Source: Zancudomyces culisetae HAW-14-8 (Eukaryota; Fungi; Kickxellomycota). From it: a DNA stretch of 64,000 nt. The DNA is taken from the NCBI GenBank assembly GCA_052426225.1, contig JBNJNM010000011.1:2170001-2234000 (forward strand), in the 5' to 3' direction. Position numbers and translations under genes: made by a program. The notes beneath the pieces were generated by a model. It made no database searches. It was not told where the DNA came from and saw only the letters and a program-made list of their open reading frames with translations. This document shows, in pieces, positions 34,735-47,147 of the stretch (the first letter of the stretch is position 1; every line of letters starts with the position of its first letter).

Positions 34735-35601
34735 ATGTGCCAAGGAGATATTAGAGAAACTTTGAGTTTTATCGTTAAAAGCATTAACGAATTAAAAATC
34801 AATCAACAGGCAATAGACGCAAAGGTGACGGCATTGGCGTCGACCTCAAAGGTACCACCCGCAGGAGCACCCCCACCGATGGCACCAGCCGTAATGGCAT
34901 CAACCTCAAAGGTACCGCTGGGACCACACGTTAGAGCCAGAAAACAACCAATAGAACTTGGAGCGTACCAAGAGCTGATTGCATTCATTCCTTCCATTGA
35001 AGAAAACTTCTACAAAACCGGGTACACAGAGCAGCAAAGAGTTGAAGTATACCAAAAATTTCTGAAAAACAAGGCCATGAAGTATAAACCCCCAGAGATC
35101 AATGACGAAGCCGGTCAAGCAGTCAAAGAATCGGAAGCCAACCTCTACAACATCCAGGTGGGGTTGGCACAGATCACCAGGCCAATCGACACCATGGCTC
35201 ATAACATAATTTCCAAGGGCGAGATGACCGACGAGAGAGTCGAATTCCTGGAATTTCTTAACACAATAAGGACTCTGATTGCGGACCAGGCCACCCAGAT
35301 CACACAGATGCGGATTGATAACATGTACGCCAAGATGAACCTGAGCGCAAGACCAAGGCAGATCATTGAGGACGAGGTGGATTACCTCGTGGAGGCCAAG
35401 CAATGGGAAGAAGACATGGCCAAGCAGAGGCCCTTTGCCAGAAAAGAGGGCAAGTTTTTTCAAAAGCGTCAGCAGCAGAGTGTAACTCAATTCCAGCACC
35501 AAGGACAAAGAGATGCGCATATGCAAAATTCCGTGGTAGTCCAAGGCCAAACTCGATCAAGAACCCGGCAGAACATTAGGTAGAACATTAGGCAGACCCG
35601 G
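34735..35601 (+). mobile_element. Solitary gag-like ORF1 (34735-35583) of a DIRS-type retrotransposon; no RT/RNaseH/tyrosine recombinase
   Basis: YQELIAFIPSIEENFY...MKYKPPEIND...LYNIQVGLAQITRPID resembles, from memory, the abundant ORF1 of Harpellales DIRS-like elements. GC-rich codon usage contrasts sharply with the AT-rich flanks. Confidence 0.6.
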
Positions 35602-37009
35602 ACTGTTATAAACAATGAGCTTAATGTTAATTTATTAGTCTTTGAATAGATCATTAATTGTTTAGTAAAATATATTCTAAAATTTATAATATTTTTAAAG
35701 ACTATTTCAAAGCTGAAATTTTTTGGTTAATGTATGAATATGATGACAAGAAATCGAATTAATATTTTTTATATTTTGATTTCAAATTTTATATTAATCA
35801 AAGTTTTGTTTATACTTTAGTTTAATACGAAATTATATTACTGCTCAATAATTATTTTAATATTAAAAGCGTTTGTTTAGTTATCTATCAATGACAAACT
35901 AGAGTAAGTCTTTGCATGTTTAAATCACATATTGTTTTATTTCTTAACCAAAACAAAAATTTAATATAGCTTTACAGTATTAATTAATGTTTTACTATGT
36001 TGGTTTTATTTCATAAATAAACATATTTTAAGTCAAATGATAGTTTCGATAATACTACGAGTACTAGTTTAAATATAAAGTCAAGAGAATAGTTTATTGC
36101 TTCTTCGAATAAAACTTCTCTTATTTCAGCTTAAAATTAAGGTATCAAGTCTATGAAAATAAAATTTGTACCTACACTTGTATCTTAACACCCACTCACT
36201 CTATTTTTCTACCTTTTGGCTTTTTTTTTTTACTTTTCTTTGTTCCCACATACAAACCATTTTTCAAAGATATTAAAAAGTACAAGAAGCTAAAAGAAAA
36301 ACAGATCAAAAAATACTTATACAGGCGACCCACTTTCTTCTACAAACGTTATTTGATGCTATTCATATTTTAGTTGGCTTTTGACTTTTTAAGATTACGT
36401 AGCAATTTACTTGATTAATATATCGATATAAATTAAAATTAATTGCATGCCACTTTACTACCACTACAACCATCACTCATTATTGTTCTCGGGTTTAGGT
36501 ACTGTCAGTTATAGTAAAAACAAAGCCCTTATCCACAAAAATATAGTTTTACTTTTTTATTGCTATTTTTATACTATTTACCATTAATCCGTCTCAAGTT
36601 GGCAAGATTACAATTTAAGTGAATCTTGAATTATATCTGTATAGATTATAAATAATATATTTGTAATAGTAAGTGGGGGTGAGAGATAGGTGTGTATATA
36701 TTTTAATCTTGTCTTTACATCTAGTAATGCTATATATGAAAACTCTCAACTCTATATAGTAAACATTTTCTTGATACATTTATTGACTAATACCTATAAA
36801 AAAATATGTTGGGCTAAAGAAGGTTGCATATTTTAAAGTCAATACTAGATAGGGTTTTCGACACACAACACAATACAAAATTTAAAGTGATAGTTTAGCC
36901 GGTTTTTCTTTCACTCGCTCAATACTCTAATAGAAAGATACTCGGTAAATATGCAAAAAAAAAGTTATACATAATTATATATATAGTTGTATTATTGAGT
37001 TTGCTACCA

Positions 37010-37045
37010 CCACCTCTACCACCTCTACCACCTCTACCACCTCTA
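37010..37045 (+). repeat. (CCACCTCTA)4 tandem repeat
   Basis: Four perfect 9-bp copies in the AT-rich island. Confidence 0.9.
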
Positions 37046-37554
37046 TCACCACAACACCATCAACTTTGTTCAGTTTTTCTTGCTCACTAATCATTCCCAA
37101 AAAAAAAACAAGTGAGCACATGATAATATTTTTTAATAAAGTAGCTTTTTTACCATTATTTTATTGTAAAGCTGTTTATTTTTATGTAATTACTGATATT
37201 TGGAAATTATAAATAAGCATCATGTTAATAATTCGCTAATAATGTATAGCTAATTAATTGGCAAACTTTTTCTTGGTATTTTATTCTTTGATTATATTTA
37301 GATTATAAATAGTAAATAAACCTTTTTAAATCAAAAGTATACTAGAAAAAAAAAAACAAAAACATAATTCATACTTCACCAAAACCAAATTCTAGTATAC
37401 AACCATATAAGAAAACTACTCGACTCATATTTTATATTAAAAAATAATCGGTAGTACAGCCTAAAAAAGTAATATTTCAGGCTATTTAAACTCAATCAGT
37501 TGTAAAAAGTACAGCTTTTTCCTTCCAATTTCTGAGGTCAAGAAAGAAAAAAAA

Positions 37555-39202
37555 ATGGATCAAGGCGATATTGGTGGAAGCCGAAAGAAGCTCGGTTTAC
37601 TCAATCAAACAATAAAAAGCAAATTCAGTCAACTCAGCACAAAGTTTGCATCCAATAAACAACCAGTATTTCCTATCCATGGTAATTGGAACAGCGTTGA
37701 GGATGAAGATGGAGTTGATATGATACGGGTAGAAAGGTCAGAGACATCGTCTAGCGATATTTTGGATTTAGATTTGGAGGCTTTTAGAGAAGCCAATATT
37801 GAAGGAGACGATGGGGGAGTGTTGGCACAGTATGTCAATTCTAGCCTTATTTACGAAGCAGGTAAGAAAAAGCAACATTTTAAAGTTTAGTGTTTTGATT
37901 TAAATACAATGGTTTAAGCCTGGTGTAAAAATTAAAAAAGAAAGGACAGTGTAAAACTTTTTAATGTCAATGTAAATGTGGAATATAGGCGTAGACAGAG
38001 AGGGACAACTTATGCTGGTATTTGCGGCATGCCAATTGCCAGATCCAAAGAGCACGGACTATGATAGGCTTTTGAACTTGATAATGTTTAGATTGGACGA
38101 CTTTGTAGAAAACGATTACACATTGATATTCTTTGCAGCGGGCTCACAGTACAAACCAAGTATTAAATGGGTATATAGAGCGTACAAAAGACTGACTAGA
38201 AAGTACAAGAAAAACCTAAAGAATTTATACATTGTTCATCCGGCATTGTGGATCAAAATAACGATGGAAGCAATGAGCAGTATTTTGAGCCCCAAATTCA
38301 ACCGAAAACTAGTGTGGATTAGCAAGCTATCAGACCTGGCAAAAGAAGTGCCTCTGGAGCAAATCAACATTCCCGATGCTGTGTATGCACACAATCTGAC
38401 CAAGGAGCAGCAGATTGAATACGAAGCGGATTTCTCAATGCCAGGAAAGTATTTTGGAGTGGAATTGGAGGCACTGATGGGCCAAAATGGAGAAAGAGGT
38501 GTTCCTCCAGTAGTCACGGATGCAGTTGATTATCTGTTTTCACACGGACTAACTACACCCGATATATTTAGAAAGATGCCTCCAAAGGATGTGGTGAGAA
38601 AAGTGCGAGCCGAGTACGAACAGCTGGACAAGACTTCTGTCGCATATGCGCTTCATGGCGAATACGTGGCTGCCGCTGTGCTGAAGGCTTGGATTGGCGA
38701 ACTACCACATCCCCTTGTTCCTCTGCAGCTGTACGAAATGGTTCGGGCCATCCCAATCGACCAAGGCGAGGTTGAAGCAGCAACATATATCCGTGACATT
38801 CTCCTTCCGTCAATGTGTGAGTCCAAATGTACTGCCATTCTGCTGTCCATTCTCATCCGTCTCCTCGATATGGTTTCGCAGAACTCAGGCGTAAACAACA
38901 TGACTGCTGTAAGACTTGCTGTCGCCTGGGCTCCTTGCTGGGTTCGCTCAACCTCTCCTGAACTGGACGTTGAAATGTGTAGCGCCACCAGAATCCGCCT
39001 CCCCGACTTGGAATCCCCCGATGCTGACGTCCCCAAACCCTCCAACGTCGTAACCCTTATTCGCATAATGATTTCCTACTACGACTTTGTCTTTGCTCCA
39101 ACCATACTTGAGTTTAAAGACACTCTTGCCATCCACCGAATAACCAGCTCCGTTGAAGACCCCCCTCCAAAACCCCCTAGAAGAAAACCTACTGATCCTT
39201 AA
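37555..39202 (+). CDS. BCH(CRAL-TRIO)-RhoGAP, ARHGAP1/p50RhoGAP-like; intron 37862-37988
   Basis: IYEAGVDREG...FVENDYTLIFF...YKKNLKNLYIVHP (BCH domain); FGVELE, IFR arginine finger, LKAW..ELPHP, NNMT; C-terminal PPPKPPR. Confidence 0.9.
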
Positions 39203-39371
39203 ACTCTCTTTGCTGATCTTTTCTTTTCTTTTTCTTCCCTTTTTTTTTGCTCTTTTTTTTTCTGGCTGTATTCCCGTTCATTATTTTTCCTTTTAGAACA
39301 CCAATATCTCTTCTCTTCCCACGTCCCCTTGATATTTACATTCCGTTCACCTGGGTCATCAAAGTATTATA

Positions 39372-40279
39372 CTACCTTTTATTAAGCTCTAGGATCCTTA
39401 AAATAACCCCGTAGATTACTCTAATTTTTGCTCTTATCGTATTGATTTGCTCGCCATATCTCTCTGCAGCTCTATTCATCAAAACACACACACATATATA
39501 CTTGATATTTTTTTCTATATTTCTATCTTTTATTCGCCACTACAAAACCGTGATGGTTATTTTATATTCGCTTACTTTTCTAAATGCTTATTCTTCTTTT
39601 CGATAAAAGCCTTGGTTTCCTCTTTAGTCATTTGTACATGAAATCCATATCCGACATTTGTGTATATGTACTCTGTGCTTGAACTATTATGTTTATCGTT
39701 TTAGAATAAATTTTTTTATAGAATATGTAGACATAACTGTCAAGGCTTGTAGCATCAGTTTTGTTTAAGAATAACAAAGGGAACAGTTTTATATAAAGGT
39801 TTCATTCTCAGATCCCTTTTCTTTCCCTTGTGCACCTTCCCTTTTTAATTACCCCCCCCCCCCCATTAGAGGTTCAACTTACACTCTACCATGCGCATAA
39901 AAGTCGGTTCCTAAATCAACTCGCATCTTCAATTCATTTAGATTTTGTTTTTCAATCATCTCGATATAGTTTTGCAATTTTGTGCTATATTTTTGGCATT
40001 TAATTATTGTGATTAGATGTTTGTTTCACAAAGTATACACTTGCCCTTCTCTTTCTCATTCTCTTGTTTTCATGCAAATCTATTCAATCAAAAAAATATA
40101 TTCAAAAATACTCACTATTCTGATATTTGGTTATAGACCAAATCTCTCTCTTCTGCAGCCTTTTTTAGCTGGGGTTGCAATACCTTTTCTATGTTGTCCT
40201 TGTGTTTTTGAACCGCATTCCGGATTTCGGTGTCCTTTATCCCACTAATCATATCATTGACCTGCTTCAACTCTTCCAT
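39372..40279 (-). CDS. UXT: UXT-like alpha-prefoldin (exons 40279-40116, 39984-39883, 39683-39576, 39471-39372)
   Basis: Spliced: ...LQPQLKKAAEERDLVYNQISEYTKLQNYIE...LKMRVDLGTDFYAHGRVSSTEYIYTNVGYGFHVQMTKEETKAFIEKK...IRAKIRVI; all junctions GT-AG and in frame. Confidence 0.88.
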
Positions 40280-40803
40280 TTTGCTTTTGCTATTCCGTTT
40301 TATTTTACTTTTCTTTTGAAATATGTTGTTCTCTTTTTTCCCCCTGATCAATCTTGTTTAAAATTATGCGAATTGTAGAGTTCTGAGTTGAAATAAAAAA
40401 AATTTTATCATTTTTTTTCGTGTATTTCTGGTAGTTTTTCGTTATTTATTTCCATCCCTGAAATTCTTGAACCTTGCTATAAAATTTTAGAAAAAAAATA
40501 TTTCTATAACCATCAATCATATTGTATACTAAAAATCGGAATGTTGACTCGTTTACAAATGTTCACATATTTCCAAAGAACGTGAAAAAAAAATTTTATT
40601 TCATACTATTAACAGTGAATTGCCGAGAAATATAATTCTTCTAAAAACACACAGTATAGCATAGGCATCATTTAAATAGCTGTCCATTTTCCTCTCTTTG
40701 TTTTTTTTCGTTTTTCATTATACTTTTATTTCAAAAGCATATTAATTACTTTTTCTTTATAATCAAACATATATACTATATTTTGGTAAAAAGACAAAAA
40801 AAG

Positions 40804-41871
40804 ATGCCAATCCTAGAATCCGGAACAAACTGCCTAAAAGGTGGAGTGTACAAAGCCTTCAATAAGATCGGCCTCGAAAAGTTTTACTTTCCCGTTTCCA
40901 TTTTGACTGAGTTTGGATACACACTCCTTTCAAAACTCAATTTTGGAAGCAATGCGACGCCTTACAAACTCAACAGTTACATTTCGGACTTTAAAACAAA
41001 TATCAAACTTGCAGAGCGAGAAAACGATCAATTGCTTGCAGTTGTCACTGGTGCTAACAGCGGTGTTGGATATGAAACCGCAAAATCTTTGGCCTATGCT
41101 GGATATGTGGTAATTATGGCATGTAGAAATAAAGAACTTACGGAAAAGGCTATCTCTGATCTGAAAACCGAGACAGGATTGGATAGCTTCAAGTTTATGG
41201 AACTCAACCTGGCTTCATTCAAGTCGATCAGAAAGTTCCTCGAGTCATTCAAAGCACAATACACCAAGTTGGATCTTTTGATAAACAATGCTGGTGTGAT
41301 GATGTGTCCATATATGACTACCGAAGATGGTCTTGAGCTACAGTTTGGAACAAACCATGTGGGACACTTCATGCTGACAAACGGCCTGCTTAACGAAATC
41401 AAAGCAGCAAAGCGTGCACGTATCCTTTGTTTGTCATCCATTGCTCAATTTACAGGTGTTTATGACAAGTCTCTTGTACTCGAGAGTTCTAAATACGATA
41501 AGGTTGTAAATTATGGAATAAGCAAGCTTGCAAATGCCATGTTTGCTCGTGAGCTGTCCAAAAGACTGGAAGGTACCGGTGTTACTGTCAATTCCCTTCA
41601 CCCTGGGGCCGTTGATACTAACCTAAATAGACATCTTGGTATTACCGCATATTCCATTGGCAGAAAGTTCCTCACCTTGTTCTTACTTAGTCCTGCAGCT
41701 GGTTCTCTCACCTCCGTCAAACTTGCTCTTTCATCTGAATACGAAGGTGTGACCGGAAAATACTTTGAGCACGAACACGAAATGGTTCCCAAAATTGAAG
41801 TTGATAACCCTGAGTTATGCAAGGACCTTTGGGACTTTACTGAGGAATTAATAGCAACATACGACAAATAA
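40804..41871 (+). CDS. Short-chain dehydrogenase/reductase (RDH12/WWOX-like)
   Basis: TGANSGVG, LINNAGVM, FGTNHVGHF, YGISK catalytic motif, SLHPGAV. Confidence 0.93.
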   Translation: MPILESGTNCLKGGVYKAFNKIGLEKFYFPVSILTEFGYTLLSKLNFGSNATPYKLNSYISDFKTNIKLAERENDQLLAVVTGANSGVGYETAKSLAYAGYVVIMACRNKELTEKAISDLKTETGLDSFKFMELNLASFKSIRKFLESFKAQYTKLDLLINNAGVMMCPYMTTEDGLELQFGTNHVGHFMLTNGLLNEIKAAKRARILCLSSIAQFTGVYDKSLVLESSKYDKVVNYGISKLANAMFARELSKRLEGTGVTVNSLHPGAVDTNLNRHLGITAYSIGRKFLTLFLLSPAAGSLTSVKLALSSEYEGVTGKYFEHEHEMVPKIEVDNPELCKDLWDFTEELIATYDK

Positions 41872-43632
41872 TTTTATTTTTTTACTTTATTTTTTATTTT
41901 TATTTTTTGGTTGTGCATATATAGTTTTCATTGTCATCATTAGCATTATCATCACGATTGCTATTGTTATTGCTATTATTCAGGCTAGCCTGTAAAATAT
42001 TGACTCTATTCTGGCTTATCTCGTTGATCAATGTTAAACCGACTTTTTATAATTTTTTCTGGAGGCAGCTGCCAGTCAAGTATTAAATAACATGGGAAGA
42101 CCTTCTAAAACCAACGGATTTTAGCGTGTGGTGACTGCTCATCACTTTGAAATTCAACAATTTTCGCAACACCAAATGTTTGTTTCATCAACAGATACAT
42201 TACGTTTACACACTTCAATTCTGTCATTTATAATATGAAACTATCACTTCCCCTCATACCTCTTGTATTTAAAATGCTTTATCTCATCATCTTCCCTACA
42301 CCTTTGGCTATATCAGTGTATTCGTAGATCAAACAAGTGTGTGTGTTTTCAAACCAATCCGGTATTGACTCAACGGCTCGGACCGTTTGATTCTAACTTT
42401 TTTCTACTCTAGTCCTATTTGTTAAGTTTGTTAAGTTGGTTGGTATCCCACCTGATTTTTTTTTTGCCAAGAAATGGATCATGGGGGTACTTAGGTAATT
42501 TATAATGGTAATTCTGATATTTTTTTATTTTTGTAAAAATTATTAAAAAGCTCAAAATACCTTGGAAAAGCTTAGAAAACACTTTTCTTTCCCATTGCTT
42601 TTTTTTTCTTCGTTGTAGATCTTGTTGTATTGATGCCTCTGCTCTACTTATTAACAAAGCTTGTCCTTTTGGCCTAATTTCTCTGTAAAACACGTTTTTC
42701 CAAGGTTTATTTGGCAATTTTCGCAACATCACATGACCAAAACCCAGCCTAAAGACACTTGGTCAAGTAGAAAAAGAAAGATGCGAACCTCTAAAAACCT
42801 TTATAGCTGTCAGTTTCGCTCACACACCCTATTTATTCTTTCACCCTCCTATGTGCATTTCTTATTAGACCTGCTCCCCATTTTTCTACCCTTAATTTGG
42901 TAATAAACGATTCAATAACCTGTGTTTTCACGCTTTGTTTGACATAACCTCACAATATTTTGTCTGCTTCTCCCCCCTTCCTCCTACTATTCTTTTAATA
43001 ACGAGCAATTCTTTTTCTTTGGCATTATGTAAAAAATCACGCAGTTTATTCTAATTTTTATAGTTTATCCAATTAAAACTTGCATTTTTACAAACATTAT
43101 AATTGAATTTACAAATGTCGAGTGAAAAACATATCTACAATGTTTTGAGTTCTCCAGCATTTCCAAATTATAATGTTTGGCAAGCATATGATCAATAAGT
43201 AGGTAATTTTGAATTGATTATTTTTTTTTCTATCGTTCTGGCAAGCTACTTGCAAATGGTTGGAGCGAGAAAATTGCAAAAAATACAAAATCGGAACATG
43301 GTCACAAATTAAGTTGCATTTGCAAATAGCTACAACCCTCATCTTCTCCCATTACCATTTGTTCTCTTTTTATCCATCTTTCCCCTTTTCCCCTTTTTTT
43401 TTCTTTTTTTTAATAGCAAAAAGTAATAATAAAATAAATGAATAAATCGAAACATGACACCAAACCCTAAATTGTGATATAAATTGCTGAATTTTCCCTT
43501 TAACTTTTATTTAAAAAAAATAAAATTTTTGAAGCTTTGTATTAGTACATTATTCTTTATCTGAATTATATAGTTGTATTTCAAAGTTGGCATAAGTGCG
43601 TAATTTAACAGACGATAGGACGAACTTCGAAA

Positions 43633-44127
43633 ATGAACAACGACCCTCCGCCATACACCGATAACAAAAACAGTAAGTTAGATATTGACTTTATAAATGA
43701 AATAGTGCTGGTATATGTGCGTCTAAGACACGTACAAATACAGCACATATGTAACTAATTTTTGAACAAACGTATCTTACCTTGTTGATTTGATAATCTA
43801 GGAGGTTACCTAAATGGGAATGGCCAATCATATCCACAACAACCTAGCTACCCTACACCATCTGGCTACGGTCAAAACCCCGGATATGGACCACAAAATG
43901 GCTATTCAGGACAACCTGGATACCCACCACAGCAGGGGTACCCACCACAACAAGGATATCCGCCACAACAGGGATATCCACCACAACAGGGGTACCCACC
44001 ACAGCAGGGATACGGTAATCCTCAAGTAGTATATGTACAACAACAGAAAGGTGGTGGTGGTGGTGGGTTGGCCACTGGTCTTTGCGCTGGTCTGGCATTA
44101 TGTTGTTGCTTAGATATGATGTTCTAG
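43633..44127 (+). CDS. Second CYSTM-family peptide (exons 43633-43672, 43802-44127)
   Basis: [19 protein letters not shown]...(GYPPQQ)5...[34 protein letters not shown]. Confidence 0.9.
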
Positions 44128-44439
44128 GCTTCTTTTTTTCAAAAAAACAAAAAACAATAACCTATCAGACCTTTTTTTAGTTTATTCCCCAATAGCATAG
44201 ATCCATACCAGCTGTTTTAAACCACTAGTAGATTTTCTTTCGTGTATTACTGTTACATTTAAATATACCACAATGGTGTACCTATTTATTCCTTTTTACT
44301 TGTGACTTTAAAGTGCTAAAGGCCGAATGGTGGAATTGTCGTAAATTAGCTCTAAATGCACCAGTATCTGCTAGGATCATATATCAATCATGCATCTCGT
44401 TTCTAACAAACCTAACCCCTTTCCTTTTTTGTATATGAC

Positions 44440-44472
44440 TTTCTTTCTCTTTCTCTTTCTCTTTCTCTCTCT
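44440..44472 (+). repeat. (CTTTCT)n pyrimidine microsatellite
   Basis: Read directly. Confidence 0.8.
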
Positions 44473-45086
44473 TAAAAAAAAGTGCAGAACGCTTTCTAAT
44501 AGTACGTTTTTGCGAGGGAAAATGCCAAACCGAGACCACAACTGCAATGTTTTTTGGGGGATATGAAGAGTTTCCTACTCTTTTATTAATTATGCAAACG
44601 GACTATCTGCTATCCAATGGTTGGTACATGCCTACCTATACGACACTACCTCTTCCGTGAAAAGTATACCTAATTTAGGGCTGTGTCATTTAAAAAGCAC
44701 TGTTTTTGTTAAGCCAGACTCCCTGTTTTCCTAGGAAACAAATAAAAGAACAAACATTAATGCGGAATATTATTAATTAAGCAGCAATACACACTTGTAT
44801 TTCTTTTATATTATCCATGTATGTTCAAGTACAATCAAAAAAGTACAAAAAAAGAACGAGTTGAGAAGTGGATGGATGAAACGTGTTTTCTTTTTGTAAA
44901 CTTTTGATATAAAAACAAGTTAGGAATCCATATCCCTTTTTCATAAATATCCTTTTTTGACACAACTCAGCGTTTTGAACTTTACTATCAGTTTTTAAAG
45001 GCTAAAAGGTAATCAATCACTTCTTTATATATTAAGCAATCTAAGTAAAAGTAAACGTAGCAAATACTTGTTTTACAAAAGGAAAA

Positions 45087-45475
45087 ATGAAGATTAAGCC
45101 GGAGACTGACTCAGGTACTGATGCTTCAGGTAAGTTAGATTACCGGATTTATCCAGTAGGTAGTATATGTATATATTTACTGAACTCTGTTCATTTGTAA
45201 TTTTAGGAAATCCTCCACAATCACTCTCATACAACTATGTCTATAACTATCCACTGGAACCTGGACAACCGCAGGGTCATAAATCTTCACCTCTACCACC
45301 ACCAGTTCACATGCACAATGCTAATGCGCAACCTATGCCACAAATTGTTCATTTAGAGCAATCAAAGAAAGGAAAACTCAATCCAAGTACTTCATGTGTT
45401 TTTATAGTCATTTTCTCGCTCTTATTTTCCGGTGGAGTTATATTTTTGGTATTTTATTATGCTATTAACCGATAA
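45087..45475 (+). CDS. Small Pro/Gln-rich tail-anchored membrane protein, unknown function (exons 45087-45129, 45207-45475)
   Basis: A-rich ATG context, GTAAGT..TAG intron in frame, Pro-rich body, C-terminal hydrophobic helix; upstream GATATAAA near 44907. Confidence 0.72.
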
Positions 45476-47147
45476 TTAGTGATTCTGAGTATGGGGTTTA
45501 AGTTTAAAATCTTTTACCTTCTTTTTGTAGTCTTTATTTAATAAGTTTCAACAATAAAAATGTCCAAAGACTTTGTAAAAAACTCTGAGTATTCTCTTAA
45601 AAATCCACTATTCTTACTATAAATATAGGTAATAATATTAATATTTGCAGTAAACTGATAATTGTTGTAAATATAAAAACTGAAATAGGAACTGATACTG
45701 GAATATGAAAACTATTCTTATTAACCCTAAACTTTTATTTTCGTTTAATTTGATTTATGATTTTGGTTTAAATATATACTACAATTGCGTTTATTTTTCT
45801 TGCAGAAATGGAAATAGGACTAAAAAATAACTTTTATCTATAACCAATGTAGTATAAGATACGGTTTCGTTCTAAAAGTGATTTATTAAACAGTAAAGAT
45901 TATTTGTGCCAGAGAGACAAAAGATAGAGTCTTTTTATTGAACAAACCGTGACCCCTGGCCTTGTCCTTCGTTATATAAACAAGTATATATATTTGATCG
46001 CCATACTTCATACGTTTGGCCAATATTGATAATATGCCACACAATTCGCGATCTCACAAATAATGTTGATATTCTTAGGTGCAGAGGAGGAGGGAAGAGT
46101 GAAGAGAGTATAAATTGAGATTTCGGATGGTAGAATACTTGGTGTACCTCTACGCTATACTATTTTCCAGGGATGGTGAGTGTAAAGCATGGTCCAAAAC
46201 CAACCTCGCTCTTTGGTCTCTCATCTCCCATGTATACCTTTCATTTTTCATTGCTGTTTATTGCATTTTGCGCCTATAGTTTTATCTTCTGACTAGATCT
46301 TGTGCATTTTATTTGCTAATGGAAAAAAGCGAAAAACTGCTTCTTTATTCCTATTCGCTAAAAACAACTTTGCGCTTGGGAAATGGGATTGTACTTGATG
46401 TATTAGCGAACATCAAATACTTGATTCTGATTAGCTACTACCGAATGACTATGTAGACCGTTCATTCTATTTATTTTTCGTTTTTCCCTGCTATTTTTTA
46501 GAGTGTGGCACTAGCTGGGTGCAAGCAAGAAAAAAATATTTTAAGCTAATATTTTTCTACCAATGAAAATAATGCCTAGTACCAATCCCAAGTATTTCCT
46601 TTTTTGGAATACTTTATTTTTTATAGTAATATCCAATTTTACTGGATTGTGGAGGCATTGAGGAAATTAGCGAAATAATGTTGGTCTACCAACGTGAAGG
46701 TGGAAAAAAGCTAAAATCAGAAAGAGCAACACAAAACAAAAAAAAACATCAGTTGTATTGAATATCTTTCTGGTTTAGCTCAAAAAAACGATACTTTGAA
46801 GGCACAAGGCAATTCCTACATGCTAGTTTCAAGTCACATACCCGAACTTTAGAATATTGTGGGAACGATACTTCACCGAACATTATTGTTGGAGGACAAA
46901 GTGGGTCTCATTCAAGAAAAGGATAAAGGTTAGTATAATATCGTGCTTTGCATTCAATTCTGTGACAAACTTAGATTACTTTGGGATAACATAGCATTTG
47001 TGTTGAATTGCCACATCAAACACATTCCCTTACGCGACAGTTTTAGCCGAAGCTCTAGTAAACATATAAAACCAAAATTGATACATTATTACCTACTTTT
47101 CTCCAAATAACAGGAAAGCGAAGCAAACAAAAAAGTGCAGAGTGCCA

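Noticed and set aside
46001-46295. U3 snoRNA or RNase P RNA (TACTTCATA, AGAGTGAAG, TGAGTGTAA look-alikes)
   Set aside because: U3 box A (GGATCATTTCTATAG) is absent, and the RNase P P4 partner and spacing are missing.
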